Assembly: GCF_032191835.1 (NCBI RefSeq)
Contig: NC_083224.1
Coordinates: 113,150,001 to 113,214,000 of the forward strand
Direction of reading: 5' to 3'
Length of the DNA stretch: 64,000 nucleotides
Source of the DNA: Heteronotia binoei
Lineage: Eukaryota
Shown: in pieces, positions 48,101 through 60,400 of the stretch
How positions within the stretch are numbered: position 1 is the stretch's first letter
Layout: each line of letters begins with the position of its first letter
The notes under the pieces: model-generated
What the model saw: only the letters and a program-made list of their open reading frames with translations
The model's database searches: none
Told to the model about the DNA's origin: nothing
Made by a program: the position numbers and the translations under genes

Positions 48101-48558
48101 AGAAATATTTTGAAGGAATACTTGTCCCACAATTACCTCTTGTAGCAGTGAAGATCGATTTTCTTGAGCCCAGTGAAGCTGCATCAATATTCTGTACTTA
48201 ACAAAAAATAAAATTCAAAACTTAGGGTACAGAAAAAAATCCGTAAGACAACACACAAATATATGCTGCCTCTTAACTTACACACAAGTTAAATTTACCG
48301 CATCCTATCTGATTGCAGAAGGAATGTCACCACACAGTGAAATTTTAAATATTTTAATTCCACCCCTCCCCCCCATTTTGGTGAAACATACAGATAATAT
48401 TCTTCCATTTGAGATCTGTGTTTCTCTTGTTATTTGTAGCAACCAACTGAAGCCAGCATTTTAAGAACTCAGTGGCTAATCATATTAAAAGCAATAATCA
48501 CAAATCACTCCTCAAAGGTGACGAATGATATTATTACCTGGGGATGAGTTCTATTCAT
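39031..48558 (-). CDS. LDLRAD1: LDL receptor class A domain-containing protein 1, 210 aa type II membrane protein: join(48558-48538,48191-48137,44587-44447,41013-40876,40121-39993,39179-39031)
   Basis: Six GT-AG exons totalling 633 nt in phase; MNRTHPQ start, hydrophobic TM (ISAVALLIVGIITVIIVLIATIGI), three LDLa-like repeats (CDHRRNCANGEDE, CDRMNDCGDCSDE, CRDGVQHCLDWSDE); synteny. Confidence 0.93.
39993..40121 (-). CDS. LDLRAD1: LDLRAD1 coding exon 5 (LDLa 2)
   Basis: DLPNSLPGHLIFYCGNPRFWIYADKRCDRMNDCGDCSDETGT; gtaagt donor. Confidence 0.93.
40876..41013 (-). CDS. LDLRAD1: LDLRAD1 coding exon 4 (LDLa 1)
   Basis: NRLCVTTINQTGFLCDDREACIPASQVCDHRRNCANGEDEQESLC; gtaaga donor. Confidence 0.93.
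41783..42536 (+). mobile_element. 5'-truncated L1-clade 3' end with A-rich tail, 13-bp TSD and an internal 122-bp tandem duplication; nested in an L2 fragment (about 41400-42620)
   Basis: ORF 41823..42209 (FW..I...I..ITG, LLAAAKMVLAQFW...P.L..W) is an L1 ORF2 C-terminus; TSD AAGATCTCCACCT at 41770-41782 and 42537-42549. Confidence 0.8.
42767..42903. mobile_element. Palindromic hAT MITE, TSD tgctagac/cgctagac
   Basis: Long inverted arms caggggtggccaac...ctacaactcccatcagcc; family of 49810-49944. Confidence 0.85.
44447..44587 (-). CDS. LDLRAD1: LDLRAD1 coding exon 3 (transmembrane)
   Basis: GCCKDDSMCIPCTRRCICISAVALLIVGIITVIIVLIATIGIPPSTP; gtcagt donor. Confidence 0.9.
44636..46480. mobile_element. 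hAT non-autonomous element (CAGGGGTGTCAAAC TIR), 8-bp TSD CTTTAGAC, carrying a nested CR1
   Basis: Exact TSD at 44628-44635 and 46481-46488; body homologous to 61749-62330. Confidence 0.85.
44871..46189 (+). mobile_element. Internally deleted CR1: ORF1 esterase-domain end fused to the ORF2 RT 3' part
   Basis: LNVWM..WC....FKFVRHWDVFW.K...Y..DGLHL...GTRLL...I (SGNH esterase C-terminus) to about 45110, then VPQSSVLGPMLFNLFINDL...KFADDTKL; CR1 3' tail. Confidence 0.85.
48137..48191 (-). CDS. LDLRAD1: LDLRAD1 coding exon 2
   Basis: NIDAASLGSRKSIFTATR; cag acceptor, gtaatt donor; phase fits both neighbours. Confidence 0.75.
48538..48558 (-). CDS. LDLRAD1: LDLRAD1 coding exon 1 (MNRTHPQ)
   Basis: aaaATG...CAG|gtaata; resembles mammalian MNKVFPQ as recalled. 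Confidence 0.8.
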
Positions 48559-49809
48559 TTTTCTTCTACTCACTGCAAAGTAATAAAGATAACTGTTGTG
48601 ACAAGTCTTCCATCAGTGTTCAAACTTTGCTGCAAGGTATAGCAAGAGCTCCTTTGAAACTGCCTTGGTTTATTAGAAGACCAAACTACTAAATGCATTC
48701 CTGAGGTGGGGTTACCTGGTTACTAAGGAGAAACAGACAAGAGTCATTCTAATCTCAGTCATTACTATGATAAAGGAAGTCAATGTGAACACACATGAAA
48801 CCACATCAAATGTCCCTATGCTTAAGGACACAAATGATGGAGGAATAAGTAATCACATCCTGACTTCAATAGAAGTGAAACAGATATACTACTGATGAAT
48901 ACTTTCAGATTTATAGGAAAGTGATTGGACATTTCATGTTATTCTTTAATTTTCTGGTATAAATACTTCTCCCTTGAGTTTGTTTTCACTAACCTGAATT
49001 AGAAACGATTGGGCTTTAAAAGAGATTAGCACAATGATTAAAAATTGATTTCTGCCTTCTGTTCATGTCTATTTATTATAGGAGGAACAGCACAGCACAC
49101 ACAAGACTTGTGGCATCAGAATGCTACAAGTTAAGGGCCCATAAAGAATGCTACAAGTTAAGGGCTCATGGGAGCTAGCAAAAGCAATTGAGAAATTTGC
49201 CCATAGTACAACTGTGAAAATAATGAGCTTCCTTCAAATTTAACTCAGCACTGGATTGCAATTGTCCTACAGCACTGGTTGCTGAACAGCAAGTTGCTTA
49301 CTACTCTCTATCCCCAGAGCTGCAGGATATTCTTCTCTTCACCACGCTATGTGAGGAGGGAAAATTAGGTTTGGGCACACCTCCTTGCATTGCATTTATC
49401 TCTTGCTGATGCCAGGATACCTTTGCATCATTGTGATCTGATCCCCTTCATCACTAATTGTTCAAACAAGGATAGGGGGAGAAGAGGAACATGTGAGACT
49501 GGAGGAAATACTCCTCCGCCCCCCCAGCAGTTACCTCTCCCACAGACACTTACCTTCAGAGCTCTTTAAAGCTTATATTATCTGGACAGAGAAGGGGGAG
49601 ATGCATGCCTCACAGCATTTGTCCACTAGTAATTTCTCTTCCTCCAGTACACTAGTGCGGGTCAGGCCTCAACAAGTTCAGTTCTTACACTCATTTCCAT
49701 TGAAGTGCCCTCAATATTTTGTGGCTTTTGGACACACTGAGCATGTTCTCTTCTAATTAGGTCATGTTGTGAATTTCAAATTACTGACATATCTAGGAAG
49801 GCTCTAGAG

Positions 49810-49944
49810 CAGGGGTGGCCAATGGTAACTCTCCAGATGTTTTTGCCTACAACTCCCATCAGCCCCAGCCATTGGCCATGCTGGCTGGGGCTGATGGGAG
49901 TTGTAGGTAAAAAACATCTGGAGGGCTACCATTGGCCATCCCTG
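49810..49944. mobile_element. Palindromic hAT MITE, exact TSD CTCTAGAG
   Basis: TSD at 49802-49809 and 49945-49952. Confidence 0.88.
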
Positions 49945-50537
49945 CTCTAGAGTATGCAAGCTTCTATTGTGCTTATGGGTGACCCCACTTCACTGTGTTA
50001 CAGATAGACATGGCATAACCTGCTAGGACTAATATGAGCAATAATATTGATCTGGGTGCTATATACTCGTTACACATTTCTTTTAGTTGAGGCAGTGAGT
50101 GAGCAAAGTCCTATAACTCTTGGTCTCCCCTACCTGTCATCAGCACCGCTCAGAATCTGTCCATCACAGCATTCTCCATGTTGGTACCCGTTACTTTTGT
50201 GATTTTTAAATTTCTGCATTTGTATCGATGTGACATTGTTTTATTGTCATGACTATGTGACACTGAAACTTGCCCTGAGTCCACTTGTGGGAAGGGTGAG
50301 ATATAAATCAAATCAAATCAAAATACATAGGTAGTCTGATTGTTAAACAGGAATACAACTTGGCTAACCAGATTACACACCGGAGCCAAAATATTAAGTC
50401 TCGTTTAAAAAAAACCCACACTCTGTGATTGGGTTACACCCATTACACAGACACAACATAGCTGGCTGATTAAACTTCAGGGGCTGTAAAGAGCAGTTTG
50501 AGATAGGTTTGTGGTTTTATATCAGAAGTGAGAGCTA

Positions 50538-52110
50538 CAGTATGTCACAGAAGTGAGTACTCCCCCTCACCTTTTGTAAATATTTAAGTATATCTTTCCA
50601 TGTGACAACATCGAAGAAATGACACTTGGCTACAACGTAAAGTAGTGAGTCTACAGCTTGTATAACAGTGTAAATGTGCTGTCCCCTCAAAATTACGCAA
50701 CACCTAGCCATTAATGTCTAAACTGCTGGCAACAAAAGTGAGTACACCCCTAAGTGATAATATCCAAATCGGGCCCCAAGTGTCAATATTTTGTGTGGCC
50801 ACCATTATTTTCCAGCACTGCCTTAACCCTCTTGGGCACAGAGTTCACCGGAACTTCACAGGTTGCCACTGTAGTCTTCTTCCACTCATCCATGACGTCA
50901 CGTAGCTGGTGGATGTTAGAGACTTTGGGCACCTCCACCTTGTTTCAGGATGCCCCACATATGCTCAATAGGGTTTAGGTCTGGAGACATGCAGCCCAGT
51001 CTCCGAAGAAAGGGGATTATGCTCTGCTTCGGTATGTCACAGTACATGTTGGCATTCATGGTTCCTTCAATGAACTGCAGCTCCCCAGTGCCGGCAGCAC
51101 TCATGCAGCCCTGAACCTTGACATTCCCACCACGCTTGCCTGTAGGCAAAACACACTTGTCTTTATACTCCTCACTTGGTTGCCACCACACATGGTTGAC
51201 ACCATCTGAACCAAGTTTATCTTGGTCTCATTGAACTACAGGACATGGTTGCAGAAATCCATGTCCTTAGTCTGCTTGTCTGCAGCAAACTGTTTGCAGG
51301 CTTTCTTGTGCATCATCTTTAGAAGAGGCTTCCTTCTGGGATGCAGACCAATTTGATGCAGCGTGCAGTGTATGGTCTGAGCACTGACAGGCTGACCCCC
51401 CACCCCTTCACCCTCTGTAGCAATGTCATGGTCTGGGGCTGCATGAGTGCTGCCGGCACTGGGGAGCTATAGTTCATTGAGAGATCCATGAATGTCAACA
51501 TGTGCTGTGACATACTGAAGCAGAGCATGATCCCCTCCCTTCGGAGACTGGGCTGCAGCAGCGTATTCCAACATAATGACCTCAAACAGACCTCCAAAAT
51601 GACCACTGCCTTGCTAAAGAAGCTGAGGGTAAAGGTGATGGACTGGCCAAGCTTGTCTCCAGACCTAAACCCTATTGAGCATCTGTGGGGCATCCTGAAA
51701 TGAAAGGTGGAGGTGCACAAGGTCTCTAACATCCACCAGCTATGTGATGTCGTCATGGAGGCGTGGAAGAGGACTCCAGTGGCAATCTGTGAAGCTCTGG
51801 TGAACTCTATGCCCAAGAGGGTTAAGGCAGTGCTGGAAAATAATGGTGGCCACACAAAATATTGACACTTTGGGCCCCATTTGGACATTATCACTTAGGG
51901 GTGTACTCACTTTTGTTGCCAGCAGTCTAGACATTAATGGCTGTGTGTTGCGTAATTTTGAGGGGACAGCACATTTACACTGTTATATAAGCTGTAGACT
52001 CATTACTTTACATTGTAGCCAAGTGTCACTTCTTCGATGTTGTCACATGGAAAGATATACTTAAATATTTACAAAATGTGAGGGGGAGTACTCACTTCTG
52101 TGACATACTG
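50538..52110. mobile_element. Tc1-family (DD34E) foldback derivative with TA TSD; transposase decayed
   Basis: ta|cagtatgtcacagaagtgagtactcccc ... ggggagtactcacttctgtgacatactg|ta; VMVWGCMSAAGTG, VFQH.ND.K, WPSLSPDLNPIEHLW motifs appear in both orientations. Confidence 0.9.
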
Positions 52111-54309
52111 TATCTTGTAACATTGCTTTTAAGATTAAAATATCCCATAACTTCTAAACACTTACTGTTATTTCCTATGATTGCACAGGACAGCACCCTG
52201 TTCCATTTTACTGTATAAATCTCTAATATAACAATCTGAACATTGGTATGCCATACATATGTAAAAGTGTTTTTCACCTGGTTGTTCTGTGTCCCAGCAA
52301 AGGAGTTTTCAGAACTGTTTCCAAGATCATTCACAATGGAATATGATGGTCTCAAAGACATACTACACAGATCATGGCAGTTTCTCCATATAAAGTCTTT
52401 ATGTTATAAAACTGAGCAGCTAGTTCTTGGAGGCATGGATTTATTGAACAATGTTAAATAGGTTCTTATTCAAGTTTGCCATATAGAGCTACAAGTCTAG
52501 AAACAAGCCCCACAATAATGAGCCCCTGTATTTTAACAAACAGTCAAAGTAACGTAACCTCATGCTGTTGATAAGACATTTTAATTTCAGTCCATTTCAC
52601 TTTCTGTGCACTTATATTTAAGAATTTTTCACAATAAAGCCGATATAGCACACAAAATTAAAACCAGAAATTAAATTAATCCTAATATAACATATAATTT
52701 AAAGTAAATATGACTGAAATAACCATTGCATAGTATCTTTCACCCCTGCATGTTAAAAAACCCCAAGACCACAGACATTGTGAAAATTACCATGTAACAG
52801 TGAAACACAATTGACTGCAGAAGTTGCTTTAGAGTAGCTATTTCACAGGTTGAATCAGTGTTGCCTGTTCCTTGCTATATGAAACAGGAATCTCAGACTT
52901 TAGAAAACATAATGTAGAGACCAGGTAAGAGATCAGCAACAATTTGTTTATAGGTTCTCTTTAAACATTAGGCCCTCATTACAGATCTTGTTGAGTACTA
53001 ATTTAAATAGAAAAGTCCACTTTCAACATTAAATTATAATTAGAGATTCTTCTAATGTAACAATTAACAGAGAATTCCATCATTTTTATTTTAGAAGTTT
53101 GCATCTAGAGCATCATAAATTCTCCAGAGAGTTACAATTGCTTACCTCTTTTTTTATTCATCTGACTTCAGAAGAGTAACAGGGCTACCCTAAGCAGTGT
53201 TAGTCCTTTCTAAGCCTCCTGAAGTCAATGTGCTTAGACTAACTCTGCTTTCAATGCCAGTGTTAATTACACAATCTTTCCTGATACAATTTTATTCCTT
53301 GCCAAAGAACAAATTAACATTTTAGAAGCACATGTGCATAATGCTGGGCACAAATTCTCTATGATTTCCATTAAGAACTATGTTTAAAAAAGAAACCAAG
53401 CTAACAGGAACATGGAAGCTCTCATGGAAAGTTCTGATTAACAGAATTGTATTCAATAAAACATTTGCTCACTTATGAAACTAAAGAGGTAATCCAGTTA
53501 AGTTGTAAAAAGAACATGTGACCTCAGTTTCAAGAAATGCTGGTGAAGATAGCATCACACACACTAAACACATTGTGGTCAATTAACTACTAGAACAGAG
53601 AAGTGACCAGTACTCTGTTTGCTTACAGATTTGCTTCCACTTAGGAGCATGAAGTGGAGTAATCATATTAAGATTATAAAGCCAGCAAATATAAAGCAGT
53701 GAGAAATTATGAATTGCTTAATTTTAAATAACCATTTTGGGAGTTTGCAAATACAGTACAGAACTGCTATCTGGACTTATTTGGAATTTTATTAAAACTT
53801 ACTTCTGACCTATCGTACTGGTAGGTAACAAAGCACAGAAAGAAATAAGGTTGTTGTCCATGGAACACAGGCTGTACCAGGCAGTAAGGTTTTTACAAGC
53901 AGCTCTACATGTTAGGTTTTATCCACAGCTGAGAAGTCAACTTCAAGGCATCTTTGACCATTGAAGAGTCCTTATATTTTTTGAAATGGATTCCAAATAC
54001 ACATTCTGAAACACTAACAGATGGCCATCATATGCAAATACCAAAACCTAAATGTACAGACAATATTTGTGATTTTTTTGTAAGAAAAAAAGCTGCAAAC
54101 AAGTGTGCATACACCACAAACCTATATCCACCATCTGATTTGTTTTTTCATTAGTGGAAAAATACATGGACAATAGAGCCTTCACTGATTTGGTAATTCT
54201 AATTTGCATCTGAAAGCTGAGCTCCCCACCCTGGCCCTTATTTGGAAAAAGTCACCAGAGTTGACAGACGTTGTAGAGTCAGACAACTGAATTACTTTTG
54301 AAAACCTAT

Positions 54310-54462
54310 TTATATTGCTGAGTGAGCCAGGTTAACTTTTGCTGGCAGGGGTCCTGCTTCCTGTTCATCAATTTTTCCTTTAACCACCACAAGAGCAGAA
54401 GTTGGATATCGATGCAGCTTCTGTTCGTTCATGTATTCCAAGTCTCCATAGATACTCAGCTT
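54310..54462 (-). CDS. TMEM59: TMEM59 coding exon 8 (last)
   Basis: KLSIYGDLEYMNEQKLHRYP...EAGPLPAKVNLAHSAI*. Confidence 0.94.
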   Translation of the reverse strand, partial: KLSIYGDLEYMNEQKLHRYPTSALVVVKGKIDEQEAGPLPAKVNLAHSAI

Positions 54463-57400
54463 CTAGAAGAACCAAACATTAGAGTGTAGGGCATTTCAGA
54501 TAAAATACAATCATTTAGCTCATCAACCAGAATTCTTTTCTTTGTGCCCAAAACAAGTATTTAGGGAGTGAAAAAGTCAATTATTCTTAAGGGACTTTAA
54601 AATCATATTTAAGTTGCGCATCACTAGGCAATAGTGAGAAAGCTGATGTAAAAAACATTCAACAAGACACTAAACACTATTGCTTTTTGAAGGGTCATAT
54701 ATTGCTCCCCTGACATGGATGCCCAAGGCTAGCCTGATCTCATCAGATTTTGGAAGCTAAGTAAGGCTGGCTCTGTACAGTACTTGGATGGGAGGTCACC
54801 AAGGAAGCCCAGAGGCAAGCAACGACAAACCACTTCTGAATGTAACAACAGCACTTTTCACCACCATGGTACCAGGATGCTCAGTCTAAATTTAATATGG
54901 TAATTCTTGCATTACACAACCAGAATAGAAAGTTAGGTATGTTCTGCTGTACTATTTTATCCATGTTTCCTGGAATGACTGAATCATAGCTTTAAGATCA
55001 ATGCTGAATGTTTAACTACTATGTTCATAGAACAATACCTAGCATATTTAAAGAAGAACCCTTTAGCAAGCAGAAGCTAGTGTACCAGGTGTGTTTCTTC
55101 TTTCTGCTGTTAGAATTCACCCCCATGACATCCTGGTTACCTATTTTTCTGGCACAATAACCCGTAAAATTGTCACACTGTTAACAGACCTCATCGCAAA
55201 TTTGCCCCCAGAAATCGTATCAGCTAATGAGACGGTTAATGGTTCCTCTAGAACTCTACTACAGAACAAGTGATACCACTCTGATTAAACACCAATAGGT
55301 CAGTTAAAAATAGCAAACTGCTGCTTATATGAACTAACAAGAAAATTGCTAGATGCACCTCACTGCTATCAAAGTACTACCCTTGTTTCCCTCCAAACAC
55401 CTTGTTTCCAGGTATTAATGAGCATAATGCACCAGAATGCTGGAAGTTCAAAGTTAAAGTTACCTCAGATGGAACATATTGCTCCACAGCAGTAGTAACA
55501 GTCGCACAACAAATCCAGAGCAACACCAGTATAGAAAGGATAAGTGTAGTAGTTAATATCCAACCAGAATTTCTGAAATGTAAGAAAGAAGGATATCCAA
55601 AGTCAAGCTTATGGCATATTTCCTTTCATCCCAATGTCTGAAGCTGATCTACCCACATATTACACCCTGAGAAATCTTAGATGTCACTCACAGTAAGCTT
55701 ACTCCTAAAAGCAAATAAACCTATGATCGGGACCAGTTTATTTATTGCCCCCCTCACTTTTACCTAAAATGAAGCACTCACTATTACATTGTGAATACAT
55801 TAGGATAACACCAAAACAGTAAACAGTCTCTGTAAGTTAGCAATGAGAACAAAACACATTAGGACTGACTGGCTGAGCAGCAAAACCACTTTAGCATTTT
55901 TTTCATACTCAAACCAATACCAGTCTCTTCAACTGAAAAATAGTTTTGCTCAAATATGGTTCCCAAGCACTGCAATATTACAGCACATTTTGGGCTCGGA
56001 AACAATGTTTAGCTTCAAGAGTGCAAGCGATTATCAGTTTTAAAAGGACGTGGGTGGAGCACTATAGTGAATTCTTCAATTCTTGAAGGAAATCAGAAGC
56101 AACGTAATCAGAAACTTAACTTTAACAAGTTCTCTATACAGCTGCTATTAAACACAGGCTAGGATAGTCTCACAGTAGTCACTGACTGAATTATAGGTGG
56201 TAAAGCATTAGGGCAGAATCTCTGCCTTTGAAGTCATTGCTTTGCATGCTCAAGATACATACACTGAAATACATTTGAAGAAACTATCACTTTCATCTTC
56301 TTCAAAAAATTCTGAATGTATCTGTGGCCCTCTTGGTTGTAGATCTGCTGAAAAGTTATAATACAGTTTCACTGAACACATCATAAAACCAGAGGTGTAC
56401 ATGTATATTCAAATAAGCATGTCAGCCAACACCTACTGTGGTCACTATTGTCTAGCCAGCTACTTTTCTTCCATAGCTCCTTCTGTTGAACACCACAAGC
56501 TGACAATGCCAAGTTTAAGAAGTGGCTTGTGGTTCAGTGGGAGACACTACTGGAGAAAAGCAGCAGCACAATCACCACTTTTTCAAAATTGTAAGGACAC
56601 ATAGTGCCTTGCTGGGTTGGGGTTACAAGGGACAACTATGCACATCAGCTGACAAGGGTTAAGTATCAGTCACAAAGGAAGGGATTTGGGACAGACTGAA
56701 AGCTAAATTGACATGGTTTCCACATTTAACTAACTGACCTATCCAATTGTACTCCAGACAAAGCCAGGTTAGCTGGAACCCTTATAGAAAGTTTCCAATC
56801 ATGGGTACTTATGGATGCACAGTCACAAACAAGAAATGCCAGCTTCTGGCAAAACAATTTTCCTTTGCATACAAAGACTGATTTTCTGCTAACAAATGAT
56901 GATTAGTAGGCAGAGGTGGCCCACTAGATGTACCTAGGGGACTATCTAGGGACACGGAGGAACCAAGAGAGGCTTGCCAGTGGCAAGCAACAGCCTTGAG
57001 TGGTGTTGCTAGAACCAGCACCCCCACCCTGGCTTGATTTCCCTTGCCTCTCTCTGGCTGCACGAAGGAGAGAGGAAGAGCAGCTCCACCACATCAGGCT
57101 CTGCTCTCTCTGGCTTTGCTGTGAGCTCAGCAGTTGGCTCAGCCTGCCTTCCCTAGTGAAGAAGAGAGGAGCAGAAGGCTGGCAGCTCTGCCACAACCAG
57201 GCTTTACTCCCTCCCCTTTCGCAGTGGCTCAGGGAGTGCTGTGCTGGCAACAGCTGCCCCAGTTAGTAGGATCTGATTCCCTACAGTTCCCTCAAATAAC
57301 TTACAAGATGCTTTGCTTTGAGTTGATTCTTTTAGATCCATGGCTTCCTGATGAGGTTTCTGAACATACTGAACTTCTGGCTTTGACTGAAATTACAAGA

Positions 57401-60400
57401 CAACTTCCAAAGTACATATGCAGTCCTAAAATATACCATAAACAAATCAACAAGCACTAACAAGAGACACAAGCATTATACCTAACAATTTATAAATGCC
57501 CTAAAAATCCCAGTAATCTTAACAGAAAATTACCAGATTATATTAGCTAATTTCCTGATTTATAGCTGAACTATAAACACCAATATATCCAGGTTCCTTT
57601 AAACTCATACAGCAGAACAAGCTAAGAAGTACCTGGAATATCACTATTTTGCCATCATCAGCTTGAAGGTAGAAAGTCCATGAGGAAGTAATGAAGCTGT
57701 GGGCTGTTTCCATCATATCACTCCAAAACGATCTTACAAATGTAAGGGGAAATAGAAGATGGATCCTTGGCATCAGGGACATAAGCTGCAAATAAACAGC
57801 TCGTTAGTTTTTAAACTGTTTTACATGTTATTGAAGCAACAAAATTAATTGAATTAATCTTAAAGAAGCTCTTTTCTCCACCTTGTACTTTGTACAGCTG
57901 AAGAATGGAAATGCAAATACCAAAACTATTCACTGATTTTTTTTAATTACAAAAGTTAAATACTCACTTGCTCTTGTCTCAGTTCAGCATATGGCAACTG
58001 ATTCTGACATCCCAGATGGCAAGCATATTGTTCATCAGACTGGGAATACGCCTCGGTACATGCTGCAAATTAAGATTCATACTCTCAGTACTAAAGGTCA
58101 CACCTTCCAGCTCACAAACTGAAGCAAGTTTGGATGCAAGATAAACTAATATACCATTCCATGCTGCTGATGGACCCCCATTTCCTGATATTCCTTACCC
58201 CAAAGGAATATGTCAGAGGTGAGGCAGCTGTGCCAAACTAAAGGGAGAGTTATATTTCAGAATTCAAGAATGATGTAAAAAGAGAACTCACACACAAAAA
58301 AGAGGTATTGGACAAAATGCTTTCTGCTTCACTTTTTATAGGACCTTGGACTACACATACCTGTTTCAGTTTTGGTATAGGATACTGCATATTTTGGCAG
58401 TTCCAAAATTTTAAGCCAAAGAATACTATCATGGAGCAAAAAAAGAAAACTTCCCAAATCTTGTAGAAATGTATATGAACACCTGGGAAAAACAAAAAGA
58501 AAAATCAGGGGGACTCAGGACTAAACAAAAATTGGAAAGTTTTGGGGACTATTAAAAAAAATCCCGTTTTTTTTCTTTTGAAATGAGTTAGATGTTTTTT
58601 AAGGCAAGTTTTACTCACTCAAGATGTACAGCTGAAAAATCCAAAGAATCCCCCCATTTTTTTTCAATGAGAACATTAGGAAATATTGGGGAGCACTTAA
58701 AAAAAAACCTCCTTGCTGAAAATGTTCTCTAGTTTCAACTTTTATTTTTTCCTATTTCCCATTGCAAAAAAGATACATATGCTCACAACACTATATGCAG
58801 CAGTTTTCATGTGTCTCTCAAGTACTGAATATATTTGCAATTTTGTTTGTAGAAAACAAAGGCATTTATACTTTAAATTCTATAAATATGTTAGTTAATT
58901 TTACCTGTTACATTTATATTAAAGCAGAAAAATACATTTAGGATTGATTAAAAAAAAGTGTTGCAAGCATTTCAATTTTTCTCAGAGTATCTGGTTTCCC
59001 CCCTAAAACAGATCCCCCCCCCCCAAATCTGGCTTCAAAATTTCTGGATAATTTAAGTACCCAGTGAACTGTTGCCCTAGATTATGAGTTTAAACAGTTC
59101 AGAAAAATATATTGCTTTTCCCTCCTCTCCGCAACTGGGCCATTTCCAGAAAGGTAATTTTGGATAGCGTTGGGAAGGGTTCTCCCCCCCCCCCACTCAC
59201 CTCCTCACAGCATTGTGACGCTTTTGTGCACAACCCAAGATTTCCATGACTTTTCTGCTATCTCTCCCAAACTGCCTTCTCTCCAATGATGTGGGAAAGA
59301 TCACAGCGCTACTAGTACTTCAGAAAATTGCACAAAAGCATACTGTATGAGAAATAGTTTACTCAAATGGGTTGCTACAGCCATTGGTCAGATCTCATAA
59401 AACTTGCTTAGAAACACTGTATTCCATGCCCAGTTCTGCTTGTACACAGCACTACCTTCATGACAAAAGCAAACAACTTCAACATGGCATAAAAACAGTC
59501 ATGTCCCAACAAACAAAATAGAAAATGGCTTTGTGACTGTCAATTTCCTAGTTATGTTTGCCTTATGATTTATTTGGGGAGGTGGGGCAGGAAGTAGAAC
59601 AGTACTTAGTCTTGTACCATTGTGAAACAGATAATGAAAACATATTAACGCATTTTAAGCTATAATTCTAATATATTTTTAATAAATTTCCAGCCACAAA
59701 TATTTTATGTTTAACTTATTTGTTAACCACAGAATCCCTTGATAAAGGAACATTTGTGGCAGAAATATATTGGGCCTTCAGAGAGGAACTTTTTTTAAAC
59801 GTTAGAATAAATCTGTTCTTACTTCTTTAGGTGGACTATTTTCTGTGCTGTGCTCCTGTACTAACTATAAAGCTGTGACTGCATCTTTGGTCAAATGTAT
59901 ATCTACTTCAAAATATTTCCCCAAAAAGATGCCAAATGTCTTACCAGAATCACACTCCAGTTTGGTCTGATTCAAATCAACACCATCATCTACAAACTGG
60001 CAAATGGAGAAAAGTCTGCAGCCACGCTGACATGCATAAAGCTCTTCTTCCTAGTTATTAAATACCGATAAGTCAAACTCACTCTTTTCATAATTCTAGC
60101 ATTTTCAAAAATGTGTTACATCAATGTACCACAGCACACATAATGTACTATACTTGTCATTTTATCTAATTATGCTGCTCTAACAAGAACCAGGAGACTG
60201 AGTCAGGTTTTTAATTGTGCAGACTACTAACAGTTTATCAATTTTGATTCTACCATTCTGCTGATGCAAGAGCAAACACCTCACTATATACCCACACCAC
60301 TCCACATTGCTGTTTTCCATGTAGGTCTCCTAATCCAAACACAGTTTTTCCAAGGGTGAAAAGGGCTGCTGGGGGAAGGGTAAAGTAGGGATAGATCTGC

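Noticed and set aside
49118-49169. Short direct repeat (27-nt period, two copies) resembling a repeat-spacer unit
   Set aside because: Only two copies in a vertebrate genome; a simple tandem duplication, not a CRISPR array.
54715-54810. 5S rRNA-like sequence (also 25645-25690)
   Set aside because: Partial, diverged and fused to a Sauria-type tail; a SINE head, not an rRNA gene.
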